Positions 51,085 through 59,873 of a DNA stretch of 64,000 bases are shown piece after piece. The notes below the pieces were generated by a model. The model was not told where the DNA came from, ran no database searches, and was given only the letters and a program-made list of their open reading frames with translations. This stretch comes from Treponemataceae bacterium. GTDB lineage: Bacteria; Spirochaetota; Spirochaetia; Treponematales; Rectinemataceae. The DNA is taken from NCBI GenBank assembly GCA_963678065.2, contig CAXXVZ010000003.1:352001-416000 (forward strand), given 5' to 3'. Both the position numbers and the translations under genes were made by a program. Position 1 is the first letter of the stretch. Every line of letters starts with the position of its first letter.

Positions 51085-52311
51085 ATGAAATTCACGACGA
51101 CCAATCGAACTGGCTCGGAAAAAAGCTTCCTTGAAGCCGTAGCCCGAGGCTGTCCCGCGGATGGTGGCGTTTTCGTCCCCAAAGGAGCAGTCGATCTCCG
51201 CACTGCGGTCTATTCGCCTGATACGCCGTATGTGGATACGGTTCTGACTGCGATTATGACCCTCCTTCCCGATGATTTTGACCCCGTGGAGGCCGGGAAT
51301 CTTGTTGAGCGGGTTTTCCCCCGGGAACCTGAATGGAATCAGGTGGGGAACATCCTCCTCTTCGACTTCGCGTCGGGGAAGTCAGGCTCTGTCCTCGATT
51401 ATGGCGCCGATCTGCTCATGGCTGCGGTGAAACCCCGCATGGGAGGGACGAAAGGGAGGGGAGCGCCATTTGTTGCCCTCTACCCAGAAGGAAGTTCGCG
51501 CGACGCCCGTGCGGGCAGGGCGATCCTCGGCGCCTGGACCGCTTCCCTCGATGCTGAGCGTAGCCCGGAGGCTGATCTCGTGCTTTTGAAAGCTCGCAAG
51601 AGTGGAGCAGCGGGGATATCGGCTACGAGTTCGAGCAGGTCGTCGCCTGGTCTTCATGTTGTCGAGCTTCCCTGCCGCGAAGAGGAGATTCCCGACATCA
51701 TCCGCAGCATTGCGCGGAACCACCCCGATCGCTGCGTTCCTGCGCTTGCCGACAACCCCGCGTTTTTTATGGCCACCCTTATTCTCGAAACAGCCATGTT
51801 TGCCGAAGAGAAAAAGGGCTTTTCCGGCGAACTATACACCGCACATTCATCCCTTGATTCCTCCTCTCTCGCCACCGGGCTCTGGGCCTGGGGACTTGGT
51901 CTTCCGGTCACCGGCTTCCTTCTGGGTGCGGTGCCAGGCACAGCCGTGAACTACTCCCTCGATCCCGTCGTTGCCGATTTCAACCTTCTCAAACCGGGAG
52001 TACTCCCCTCACTCTCGATTTTCGAGGAGATCGAGAGCGCCGAGATGGATGGACTTCTGGGGGATCGGCCGGGGCTCAGTGCAGGAGAATTCGGGCCGGA
52101 GGATTCGGTGGCCTATGCTGCCGCCATAAAAGCGATACGGCGCAATGACGTCGCGTCTTCGCCCGAATCGGCCAGGATAATAGTCCGCCGCACGATCGAT
52201 CCTTCCATGAAGAGGGGTATGTCTTTGGCTGAGAGAATGGCCTCGGACCTCCGGATGGAAGACGTGGGATCTTTTTCGCTGGCCGGCTTTCTACTTTCCC
52301 TCTGTCGTTGA
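51085..52311 (+). CDS. Threonine-synthase-like protein lacking the PLP lysine
   Basis: N-terminus MKFTTT...SFLEAVARGCPADGGVFVP matches the ThrC N-domain; the FKD motif reads VLD. Confidence 0.7.
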   Translation: MKFTTTNRTGSEKSFLEAVARGCPADGGVFVPKGAVDLRTAVYSPDTPYVDTVLTAIMTLLPDDFDPVEAGNLVERVFPREPEWNQVGNILLFDFASGKSGSVLDYGADLLMAAVKPRMGGTKGRGAPFVALYPEGSSRDARAGRAILGAWTASLDAERSPEADLVLLKARKSGAAGISATSSSRSSPGLHVVELPCREEEIPDIIRSIARNHPDRCVPALADNPAFFMATLILETAMFAEEKKGFSGELYTAHSSLDSSSLATGLWAWGLGLPVTGFLLGAVPGTAVNYSLDPVVADFNLLKPGVLPSLSIFEEIESAEMDGLLGDRPGLSAGEFGPEDSVAYAAAIKAIRRNDVASSPESARIIVRRTIDPSMKRGMSLAERMASDLRMEDVGSFSLAGFLLSLCR

Positions 52312-52335
52312 CATCGCAGACAAAAATCGTATAAG
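52308..52335 (+). promoter_or_regulatory. Putative tRNA promoter
   Basis: TTGACA, 16 bp, TATAAG. Confidence 0.55.
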
Positions 52336-52385
52336 GTCTGTGAGCGGATGTGCGGGCTGGCTTCTGATTCTCCTGCACGGCGAGC

Positions 52386-52459
52386 GACCCAGTAGCTCAG
52401 ATGGATAGAGCGGCTGCCTCCTAAGCAGCAGGTCCCCTGTTCGAATCAGGGCTGGGCCA
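52386..52459 (+). tRNA. tRNA-Arg (anticodon CCT), CCA not encoded
   Basis: Cloverleaf GACCCAG / GCTC..GAGC D arm with A20 / GCTGC-CTCCTAA-GCAGC / CCCTG-TTCGAAT-CAGGG / CTGGGCC-A. Confidence 0.95.
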
Positions 52460-52560
52460 GATTAATAATTCGAGACCCAAAAAATAATTACGACAAATTG
52501 TCCGCGTGGTGAATCTGCAAAACTGCTGTCTGGTGTCCGAGTGGAACATGAGGCCGACTG

Positions 52561-54987
52561 TCAGTGATCGGGATGGAAGTCCTGTGGAAGGGATTCGGGC
52601 GGAGAGACTCCAGGTACATTGCGCGAGGATTCCGGCTGGGCAGGTGCTTCCGGTGCCGCTGTAATCGCTTTTAGGGGAGCGACAATTCTCTCGGCGGCCT
52701 TTTTTTGTCCGGGAAGTCTCCCTCTGGCCTCGAGCCGCGCGAGTTCCTCGAAGGGGTCCTTCGCGTTCTCTTCGTATCCCGCGCGGAGATCGTCGAGATA
52801 GTGGGACAGTTCGTCGGCCTTAGTCCGGATCTGGCTGAATCCAGCGTCGACTTCCTCCGCTCCCGAAGCTTTGAGTCTGGCCATGTCGAGCCGCATCTGC
52901 TTCAATTGGTTGACCGAGGAGCCGAGACGGAGACGGATGACTTCGCTCTGATCCTTGAGTTCGCGGAAGGAATATTCCTGCTTTTCGATTTCCGCGATAC
53001 TTGACTGGTACTCGGCCTTGAGTGTGGAACTTTCGGAAGCGAGAGCCTTGGATGCGAGTGTAGCCTTGTCCTTCTGCAGCTCTTCCATGGGTATCGCTTC
53101 GATGAGCCTGTCGATCTCGTTGGCGGACTGGGCGAGGAGCCTCACCTGCCCCATATAGCGTTCCAGGCTGGGTCTGATGTCTTCCCCCGCAGTCGCTTTC
53201 ATGTCGGCAAGCTGTTCTTCGAGAGCCTGCCGCGCACGTTCCGCGTCGCGGTACATCTCGGCGTAGGAGCCGAGAGCCTGGTCGAGATTCTGCCTGTCCT
53301 CTTTTGCCCGTTTGAGACCGCGTGTGCCACCGCTGATCTTGATCGCCTTGAAAATTGATTTCTTCAGGGCAGGGACGCTGGAAACATAGGTGAGAAGGTG
53401 AATCACGAGAGAGAAAGCGAGGGCTCCGGTCGGGATGAGGAACCACGGCGTCGAGGGTGAGGTGAGGAGATTGATGACGGCGAGGAGCATGGGCACAGTT
53501 ATCGCGCTCACGGTATGTCCCGACATCGAGTTGCGCTCCTTGTTGAGCCGCTTGAGATCCTCGAGTGTGCGGGCGTCGAGGTCGGGCATGACTTCGGCTT
53601 CCCTCGCTTCGGAATTGAGCCGGATCGAGTCGACGATGTTGCCGACAAGTCCGATTCCCCAGGATGCCGTGACGATAGCGGCCCACAGGAAGGAGCGGGA
53701 CGTGGTGAGGTTGAGGTACCACAGACCGGCGTTGACCATGAGGAAGGTGGCAAAATGGGCGCGGAGGCCATTGCTGACCTTCTTGGCCTTTTCCAGCAGC
53801 TTGTCGCGGTAGAGTTCGAAGTGGGTCGGACCAGGAGAGGCATTCGCCTCATCGCGCAACCGGGACTGTGAATCGCGTCTGCGGCCCGGACGGTACCGTC
53901 CTTCGTCTATGGCTTCGCGCGCCCTGCGCTTGATCTCCTCTTTGAATTCACGTCTGTTCTCTCTCGACGCGTGACGGGAGCTGTGATCGGCGGCGAGTCC
54001 CCCCTTGCCGTGAACGCTGGACTCTATGCTTCTCTCGATTTCCGATACTATTCCGTGGACGGCGTTCTCGATGCTGCGTCCGATGTCGCTCTGGGTGTAG
54101 GTCGGACGATTGTCGGGATTATCGGATTCGGAGCCATGATCGCCGGAAGGATCTGCCTGGCCGGCATACGGACGCCCCGAGCCCTGTGGACCGAGCCGCG
54201 AGCCTTCATTCTGGGGAGGCATATCCTTCCTGAGAATGCCTCGCTCGGCGAGCGAGGCGATGACTTCAGCCGCCTCGACGCCATAATATCCGTATTTTTC
54301 CCGCGCTTCCCTGACTGACATCCTCTTACCGGAGGTTTTGATCTCCGAGAGGATGGCGTTCCGTATTTTTGCGAGGATGTCCAGGGATCCCGTTTCGCTG
54401 TATTCCCTGTCAGGCGGCGATCCAGGCGCGTTGCGGGGCTTGTCTTCACCCGCGGGAGCAAGTCCGGTATTGGGACTGGCGATCTCGTAGGCCCTGATCT
54501 CTTTTGAAATGTTCTTAAGCGTGACCGAGCCGAGAGACTGGGCGGAAAAATCGATTTTATTGAGGACAAGATTGTAGACGTCCTGAGAAATGCAGATCGA
54601 GCCGGGCTTTGCGAGTCCCTGGAGGCGGGCCGCGATATTTATACCCTCGCCGAGTGCGTCATTCTCGAAAAAGTAGATATCGCCGAGATGAACGCCGATG
54701 CGGACGAGGAGGGGAGAGCCGGGGTTGGAGGAATTTCTCTTGTACAGCTCATCCTGAATTTCCACCGCGCTGACGACGGCTTCGACCGTGTTCTTGAAGT
54801 CGACGAGAAAGGCGTCGCCTATCGTCTTTATGACAGTGCCATGATGTTTCAGGACGATGGTGGTTATAAGCTTGTTGTGCCAGGAAAGAGTCTCGAGCGT
54901 GCCCGACTCGTCCTTCTCCATCATTTTCGAGAAGCCGGCGATGTCCGTGTACATTATCGCGGCAAGGCGGTAGTCTTTCTGTTCCAT
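52561..54987 (-). CDS. Class III adenylate/guanylate cyclase fused to two 2TM-like modules and a coiled coil
   Basis: TDIAGFS, KTIGDA, RIGVHLGD, GINIAARL; two internal hydrophobic hairpins. Confidence 0.88.
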   Translation of the reverse strand: MEQKDYRLAAIMYTDIAGFSKMMEKDESGTLETLSWHNKLITTIVLKHHGTVIKTIGDAFLVDFKNTVEAVVSAVEIQDELYKRNSSNPGSPLLVRIGVHLGDIYFFENDALGEGINIAARLQGLAKPGSICISQDVYNLVLNKIDFSAQSLGSVTLKNISKEIRAYEIASPNTGLAPAGEDKPRNAPGSPPDREYSETGSLDILAKIRNAILSEIKTSGKRMSVREAREKYGYYGVEAAEVIASLAERGILRKDMPPQNEGSRLGPQGSGRPYAGQADPSGDHGSESDNPDNRPTYTQSDIGRSIENAVHGIVSEIERSIESSVHGKGGLAADHSSRHASRENRREFKEEIKRRAREAIDEGRYRPGRRRDSQSRLRDEANASPGPTHFELYRDKLLEKAKKVSNGLRAHFATFLMVNAGLWYLNLTTSRSFLWAAIVTASWGIGLVGNIVDSIRLNSEAREAEVMPDLDARTLEDLKRLNKERNSMSGHTVSAITVPMLLAVINLLTSPSTPWFLIPTGALAFSLVIHLLTYVSSVPALKKSIFKAIKISGGTRGLKRAKEDRQNLDQALGSYAEMYRDAERARQALEEQLADMKATAGEDIRPSLERYMGQVRLLAQSANEIDRLIEAIPMEELQKDKATLASKALASESSTLKAEYQSSIAEIEKQEYSFRELKDQSEVIRLRLGSSVNQLKQMRLDMARLKASGAEEVDAGFSQIRTKADELSHYLDDLRAGYEENAKDPFEELARLEARGRLPGQKKAAERIVAPLKAITAAPEAPAQPESSRNVPGVSPPESLPQDFHPDH

Positions 54988-55029
54988 ATGTTTACAGGAT
55001 GTAAGGATAGGCGCGCTGCAGGCTCAGAG

Positions 55030-56910
55030 TCAATCCGTTTTCGGGCATGTACAAACCTCAAATGCGATTTCTTGCAAGGGAATGTCGATCCGGGAGACTT
55101 TCACGATGATGGTCTCATCGAGCGAATGCTCCCCGGAGAGTCTCAGCTTTGCCTCCAGGCCGATTTCCGGTATATAAGCGAGCCACAGGCCTTGGCCGGA
55201 TGAGGAAACGAGGATGGCCTCTCCTTTCCAGTCGGGATGCCGGGAAAGCCAGACGAGACACCAGTGGAGTTCGCTCGCCCGCTCCGCCTGCCTGTTAGGT
55301 GCCTGTGAAGCTTGTGCCAGAGCGCATCTTTTCCCGACTTCGTCCGCGTCGAGAGGGTGACGTCCTTCCAGAATGGCGTGTATCTGCATGTGTCCGAGGA
55401 GATCCTGGTAGCGGCGAAGCGGACTCGTCGTCTGGGCGTAGAAAGGCAGGCCAAGGCCGCGGTGCGCGCCGGGGCTTGGCCCGAGCATGCCGGCCCGCAT
55501 TCCCCTGCGGCGGCTGAACTGCAGGGAGAGTGAATTCCCATCTTGCCCCTTTTCTCCTGGGATACTCGGGGCCTCCTGACTGTAGAAGGGGAATGCGAGT
55601 CCTCTCTTGAAGGCCCAGATAGCCGCTGCTTCTCCGGCGAGCAGCATGAATTCCCGGACTATTTCAGAGGATCGGAATGATCCGGGTCTATGAATGACGA
55701 CTTCCCCTGATTCGACGTGTACTCTGACCTCGGGAATCGCAATTTCGACGGATCCGTTGGCTGTCCGGCGTTTCGTCCTCAGTGCCGCGATGCGGTCGAA
55801 AGCGGCCAGATCGACATCTCCCTTTGCGAGGAGGCGATCCGCCTCTCCATAGTGTGTCCGCCTGACCCGGACTCGGGAGCTGAGAACTTCGACCTCGGAG
55901 ACATAGCCTTCGGCGTTCAGCTCTACCCGGAAGGAGAGCGCGGGCGATGTCGGGGCAAGCCCGAGTCCGTAGCGCTCCAGGGTTTCGTCGGGGAGCATGG
56001 GCGAGGTCAGTTCGGGGAGATAGAGTGTCGCTCCCCGCGATAGAGCTTCCCTGTCGGCCGGACTTTCGGGAAGGATGGCCGCGGCAGGGTCGGCCACATG
56101 AATCCATATATCTTTTCCGTCCCAGCCGATGGCGTCGTCGGGGTCCTTGGACCACTCGTTGTCGATCGCCCACGAAGTGAAGCTGATCAGATCCCTGCGG
56201 GACGCTTCCGATGTCGTCTCATCTCCGAGAGCGAGGAGAGGCGCCTTGAGCGGGCATCCTGAACGGGAAGGATGAGGATTTGTCGCGATTTCCCACCAAC
56301 CGCAGGCGACGAGAAAAGCATGTGCGGCTTCGGGTGTTTCCTTTATACCCAGGTCGACGGCAATCCTGCTTTTCTCGGTTTTCCCCAGCGCAAGGGCCTC
56401 GATTTCGCCCATGAATCGCGCGTCAGGCTCGGTCTTCTCCAGCCTGCCGCCTCTCTTCACAGCCTTGGCCCGCAGAATGAACGCTGTCCTTTCCGCGAGT
56501 TCGGCGGATTTCTTTTCGCGCCGCGCGGTTTCGCGAAGGAGGTCGGCGTCTCCGCGAGCCCAGGGCAGCCCGTCGTCGAGAACAAACAGAAGCCCGCCCG
56601 AGGCGCACTCGAAGCAGGCCATGACTTCGCCAGGACCTGTGAGGCCGAATACGAGTTCGGCAAGCTCTTCCCAAGAACTGCGGACGGGAGATTCAGAGTC
56701 GCCTGCGAGCATCCTGCGCGCCGTGTCGAAATCCCCGCCCGATGAAGGTCCGGGGATGGTTTTTACCGGACCTTCGTGGAGGATGCGGATGTCCTTGTCC
56801 CGAACCTTCACGGATGAGCCGTCTTCCGTCCGTATTTCGATGCGGTCGCGGGCTTCCCTGACCAGAGCGGGTCTATTCTTGTAGATGACGAGGTTGTCTG
56901 CCCGGAACAT
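55030..56910 (-). CDS. RNB-domain exoribonuclease (RNase II/R family)
   Basis: AIDNEWSKDPDDAI, IHVAD, RGATLYLP, EFMLLAG, HRGLGL, TSPLRRYQDL. Confidence 0.92.
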   Translation of the reverse strand: MFRADNLVIYKNRPALVREARDRIEIRTEDGSSVKVRDKDIRILHEGPVKTIPGPSSGGDFDTARRMLAGDSESPVRSSWEELAELVFGLTGPGEVMACFECASGGLLFVLDDGLPWARGDADLLRETARREKKSAELAERTAFILRAKAVKRGGRLEKTEPDARFMGEIEALALGKTEKSRIAVDLGIKETPEAAHAFLVACGWWEIATNPHPSRSGCPLKAPLLALGDETTSEASRRDLISFTSWAIDNEWSKDPDDAIGWDGKDIWIHVADPAAAILPESPADREALSRGATLYLPELTSPMLPDETLERYGLGLAPTSPALSFRVELNAEGYVSEVEVLSSRVRVRRTHYGEADRLLAKGDVDLAAFDRIAALRTKRRTANGSVEIAIPEVRVHVESGEVVIHRPGSFRSSEIVREFMLLAGEAAAIWAFKRGLAFPFYSQEAPSIPGEKGQDGNSLSLQFSRRRGMRAGMLGPSPGAHRGLGLPFYAQTTSPLRRYQDLLGHMQIHAILEGRHPLDADEVGKRCALAQASQAPNRQAERASELHWCLVWLSRHPDWKGEAILVSSSGQGLWLAYIPEIGLEAKLRLSGEHSLDETIIVKVSRIDIPLQEIAFEVCTCPKTD

Positions 56911-57043
56911 CGGTTCTCCATCGCGTCGAAGTATGTAATCAGTATATCGGAAGGGCCTGGAAGAAAATAGGCAACTGTTGCACAGTCTCCCGGTTTATGA
57001 TATGATTTTTACTTGTCTGATCGCCATGAAAGGAGATGACACT

Positions 57044-57274
57044 ATGGTAGCTTTGATAGTCGGAATTGTCCTTTTCGCTTTTGCCGTCGCGGCCTGCGTG
57101 CCCGGATTGCTCGGCTGGGGTCCGGATGTTCTCGCTTTTTTGAGGGGGGCCATCCCCGTCATTTCCGCCTTCATAGCGCTCATCGCAGTGTTTATCGGCC
57201 TCGCCGACATCAAGGATCGCCGGGAAGCCAAGAAAGAAGAGGAAGCAGAGAAGAAGCCCGAATCCAAGGCTTGA
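57044..57274 (+). CDS. Small two-TM membrane protein with charged tail
   Basis: AAGGAG RBS, two hydrophobic helices, DIKDRREAKKEEE tail. Confidence 0.7.
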   Translation: MVALIVGIVLFAFAVAACVPGLLGWGPDVLAFLRGAIPVISAFIALIAVFIGLADIKDRREAKKEEEAEKKPESKA

Positions 57275-57513
57275 TTGTTCGTTGGTCCTTGCAGATTCGT
57301 CCGGTCCTGCCTGCTTCGCAGGACTGACCGGGCAGCAGATGGACGGTTTTCGCGGAAAAAGAACCAGTGCGAAGTGGAATGGGCCAGCCCCGGGTATCGT
57401 TTCACGGGCTGCCATATCGGATGCAGTGTGGTATGCCTTGACACAATTCCTTATCTGTGGGAATATCGTTCCGCTATTCAGCACATTACACTCGAAACTG
57501 AAGGTATACATTT

Positions 57514-57942
57514 ATGAAGACCGTATTTGTTACGCCCCAGACGGCAGAGCGCGCGTGGTACCTTATCGACGCCGAAGGAAAACCCCTCGGCCGCGTCGCA
57601 GCCAAAGTCGCAGGCATGCTCAGGGGCAAGCATAAACCTACCTACACTCCTTCCCAGGAGACCGGTGATTTTGTCGTCATTATCAACGCAGAAAAAGTGG
57701 CGATCTCCGGACGCAAGCGCCAGGACAAGATGTACTACCACCACTCGGGATTCCCAGGCGGACTCAAGGATTTCACCTTCCGTCAGCTTATCGAGCGGAA
57801 ACCCATCGCCCCGATGGAGAGAGCCGTGTATGGCATGCTTCCCAAGGGTCCCCTTGGCCGCAAACTCTACAAGAACGCGAAGATCTATGCCGGTGCAGAC
57901 CACCCGCATGCCGCACAGCAGCCCATCGTCATCGAACTGTAA
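57514..57942 (+). CDS. rplM: 50S ribosomal protein L13
   Basis: [43 protein letters not shown]. Confidence 0.98.
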   Translation: MKTVFVTPQTAERAWYLIDAEGKPLGRVAAKVAGMLRGKHKPTYTPSQETGDFVVIINAEKVAISGRKRQDKMYYHHSGFPGGLKDFTFRQLIERKPIAPMERAVYGMLPKGPLGRKLYKNAKIYAGADHPHAAQQPIVIEL

Positions 57943-57957
57943 GGGAAGGGGAAATCA

Positions 57958-58350
57958 ATGATCAGGAATCTTGGTATAGGAACCGGAAGGCGCAAGTGCG
58001 CAGTGGCCCGTGTCTTCCTCCGTGAAGGTACCGGCAAAGTCGTGGTGAACGGACTGGAGCTCAACAAGTATTTCAAGCTCGGCGAGCATGTCCTCGTGGT
58101 GCGCCAGCCTCTCATGGTCACTGCCTCCGAGAACAAGTATGACATCCTCATCACTGTGACTGGCGGAGGAATGTCCGGCCAGGCCGGCGCCTGCTCCCAC
58201 GGCGTGGCCAGAGCTCTCTCTCAGCTCGATCCGACCAACCACACATCCCTCAGGACCAATGGCCTCCTGACCCGCGACTCCCGCATGGTGGAGCGCAAAA
58301 AATACGGTCAGCGCGGCGCACGCAGACGCTTCCAGTTCTCCAAGCGCTAA
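57958..58350 (+). CDS. rpsI: 30S ribosomal protein S9
   Basis: GTGRRK, GGGMSGQAGA, LTRDSRMVERKK, QFSKR. Confidence 0.98.
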   Translation: MIRNLGIGTGRRKCAVARVFLREGTGKVVVNGLELNKYFKLGEHVLVVRQPLMVTASENKYDILITVTGGGMSGQAGACSHGVARALSQLDPTNHTSLRTNGLLTRDSRMVERKKYGQRGARRRFQFSKR

Positions 58351-58353
58351 ATC

Positions 58354-58986
58354 GTGTCTGTGCGGATCGACTCCGTACGAATCGATGCCTCCGGAACCGC
58401 GACTCTCGCGGCCGGAGGTTTTGTTTTTTGCATGCCCCTGCTCAGTTTCATGGAAGCCGGCTGCGATCCCAGGTCAGTGAAGCCGGGAGACCTTCTGGAA
58501 GACAGTATTTCCGAGCGGCTGGAGGAATCGCAGAAATGCCACGAGTGTTTCCTGAAAGGACTCTCGCTCGCGTCGCGGGCCGAACAGAGCGCCGCCATGG
58601 TCGCCGCAAAGCTTTCGGTCCGGGGATACCGGAGATCGTATGTCGAGTCCGCTGTTGCCCGCCTCGTGGCACAGGGGTTCATCGACGACAGAAGGTTCGC
58701 GGCCGCCTATGCCGCGCTTCGCTGTGCGACCAAAGCAGAGGGGCCGGCCAGCCTGCTTGCGGGATTGCGGCAAAAAGGCCTCTCGGCGGAAGACGCGGAG
58801 GAGGCAGTCGCGGAAGCCTTCCCGGAAGAAATGCGACGTGATAGACTGGCGGATTCGGCGCGGCGCCTCACGAAAAAGGGCATGAAGGGCGAAAAGCTCT
58901 ATCTACGCCTCAGAAAACTCGGATTCCGGCGTACGGAAATCCTTGAAGCGGGCTTGGATCCGCCAGAAGATGAAATCCCTCTCTGA
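58354..58986 (+). CDS. recX: Regulatory protein RecX
   Basis: RAEQS..KL..RGY, GFIDDRRFA, GP...LRQKGL, RLRKLGF. Confidence 0.8.
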   Translation: MSVRIDSVRIDASGTATLAAGGFVFCMPLLSFMEAGCDPRSVKPGDLLEDSISERLEESQKCHECFLKGLSLASRAEQSAAMVAAKLSVRGYRRSYVESAVARLVAQGFIDDRRFAAAYAALRCATKAEGPASLLAGLRQKGLSAEDAEEAVAEAFPEEMRRDRLADSARRLTKKGMKGEKLYLRLRKLGFRRTEILEAGLDPPEDEIPL

Positions 58987-59023
58987 TCGTGATATCTATT
59001 TTGTTGTACTTATTTATATTCTC

Positions 59024-59052
59024 TTGACATATCTTCGCATTCGTTCCACAAT
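59024..59052 (+). promoter_or_regulatory. Putative sigma70 promoter
   Basis: TTGACA, 17 bp, CACAAT. Confidence 0.55.
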
Positions 59053-59087
59053 AGTAGAGAACGTTGTTGAACTGGAGGGTTCTTCGC

Positions 59088-59741
59088 ATGGATGACGATA
59101 TCCTCACTATTGAAGAAGTTGCCCGCTATCTTCGAGTATCCGAACGGACTGTCTACGACTGGGCCCAGAAAGGAGAGATCCCTTCCGGAAAAATCGGAAC
59201 CGTCTGGCGCTTCAAGAAGACGGAGATCGAGCGATGGGTCAATGAGAGGCTCTCTTCGAACAAGTCTTCGGGAAACTTCGGCGTTGTCCAGGTGCAGAAT
59301 ATCATATCGCCTGACCGTATCCTTTTCCTCAGCCATTCCAAGAAGCGAGACGCCCTCGTCGCGCTCGCGGAAAATCTCGCCTCCGCTCCACAGGTCAAGA
59401 ATCGCCAGGAGATCGTCGCCGAGATACTGAGGCGCGAAGAGCTCATGAGCACTGCCATCGGGCGCGGAATCGCCATCCCGCACATCCGCCTCTCGTCCGT
59501 GACGGATCTCGTCGTCTCGGTCGGAATTTCGCAGTGCGACATCATTGATTTCCAGTCTCTGGACGATGTGCCTGTCAGGCTTCTCTTCATGATCGCCGCG
59601 GCGTACAATCAGCACGCCTACTATCTTCAGACTCTCTCGTTCTTCAGTTCCAGATTGAAGGGCACCGAGCTTCGGACCCAGCTCCTCGAGTGCAAGACCC
59701 CGCAAGAGGTGTACAAACTCCTTGTGAGCCAGGACGAATAA
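59088..59741 (+). CDS. Excisionase-like HTH fused to PTS EIIA
   Basis: ILTIEEVARYLRVSERTVY...GEIP..KIG..WRF plus REELMSTAIGRGIAIPH. Confidence 0.9.
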   Translation: MDDDILTIEEVARYLRVSERTVYDWAQKGEIPSGKIGTVWRFKKTEIERWVNERLSSNKSSGNFGVVQVQNIISPDRILFLSHSKKRDALVALAENLASAPQVKNRQEIVAEILRREELMSTAIGRGIAIPHIRLSSVTDLVVSVGISQCDIIDFQSLDDVPVRLLFMIAAAYNQHAYYLQTLSFFSSRLKGTELRTQLLECKTPQEVYKLLVSQDE

Positions 59742-59777
59742 AAGCACAGCCAGCTAAGCCGGGATGGTGGCCGGCAC

Positions 59778-59808
59778 AAGGCGCTCCTTCGGGGGCGCCT
59801 TTGTCTTG
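59778..59808 (+). terminator. Putative intrinsic terminator
   Basis: AAGGCGCTCC-TTCG-GGGGCGCCTT then TGTCTTG. Confidence 0.6.
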
Positions 59809-59873
59809 TTGAGGAGGCCTTTGCGTGCTAGATTTGGCCTGGAAAGAAAAAGGATAATCGAAAGGAATCAGCG

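Noticed and set aside
52460..52560. Integrated element or prophage at tRNA-Arg
   Set aside because: No integrase, phage genes or duplicated tRNA 3' end seen in the window.
52561..54987. Cyclase as a Pycsar/CBASS anti-phage system next to a tRNA
   Set aside because: Adenine-type specificity residues, no adjacent cNMP-binding effector gene, host-like codon usage and core-gene neighbours.
59088..59250. Excisionase of a mobile element
   Set aside because: The HTH is fused in frame to EIIA among housekeeping genes, with no integrase nearby.
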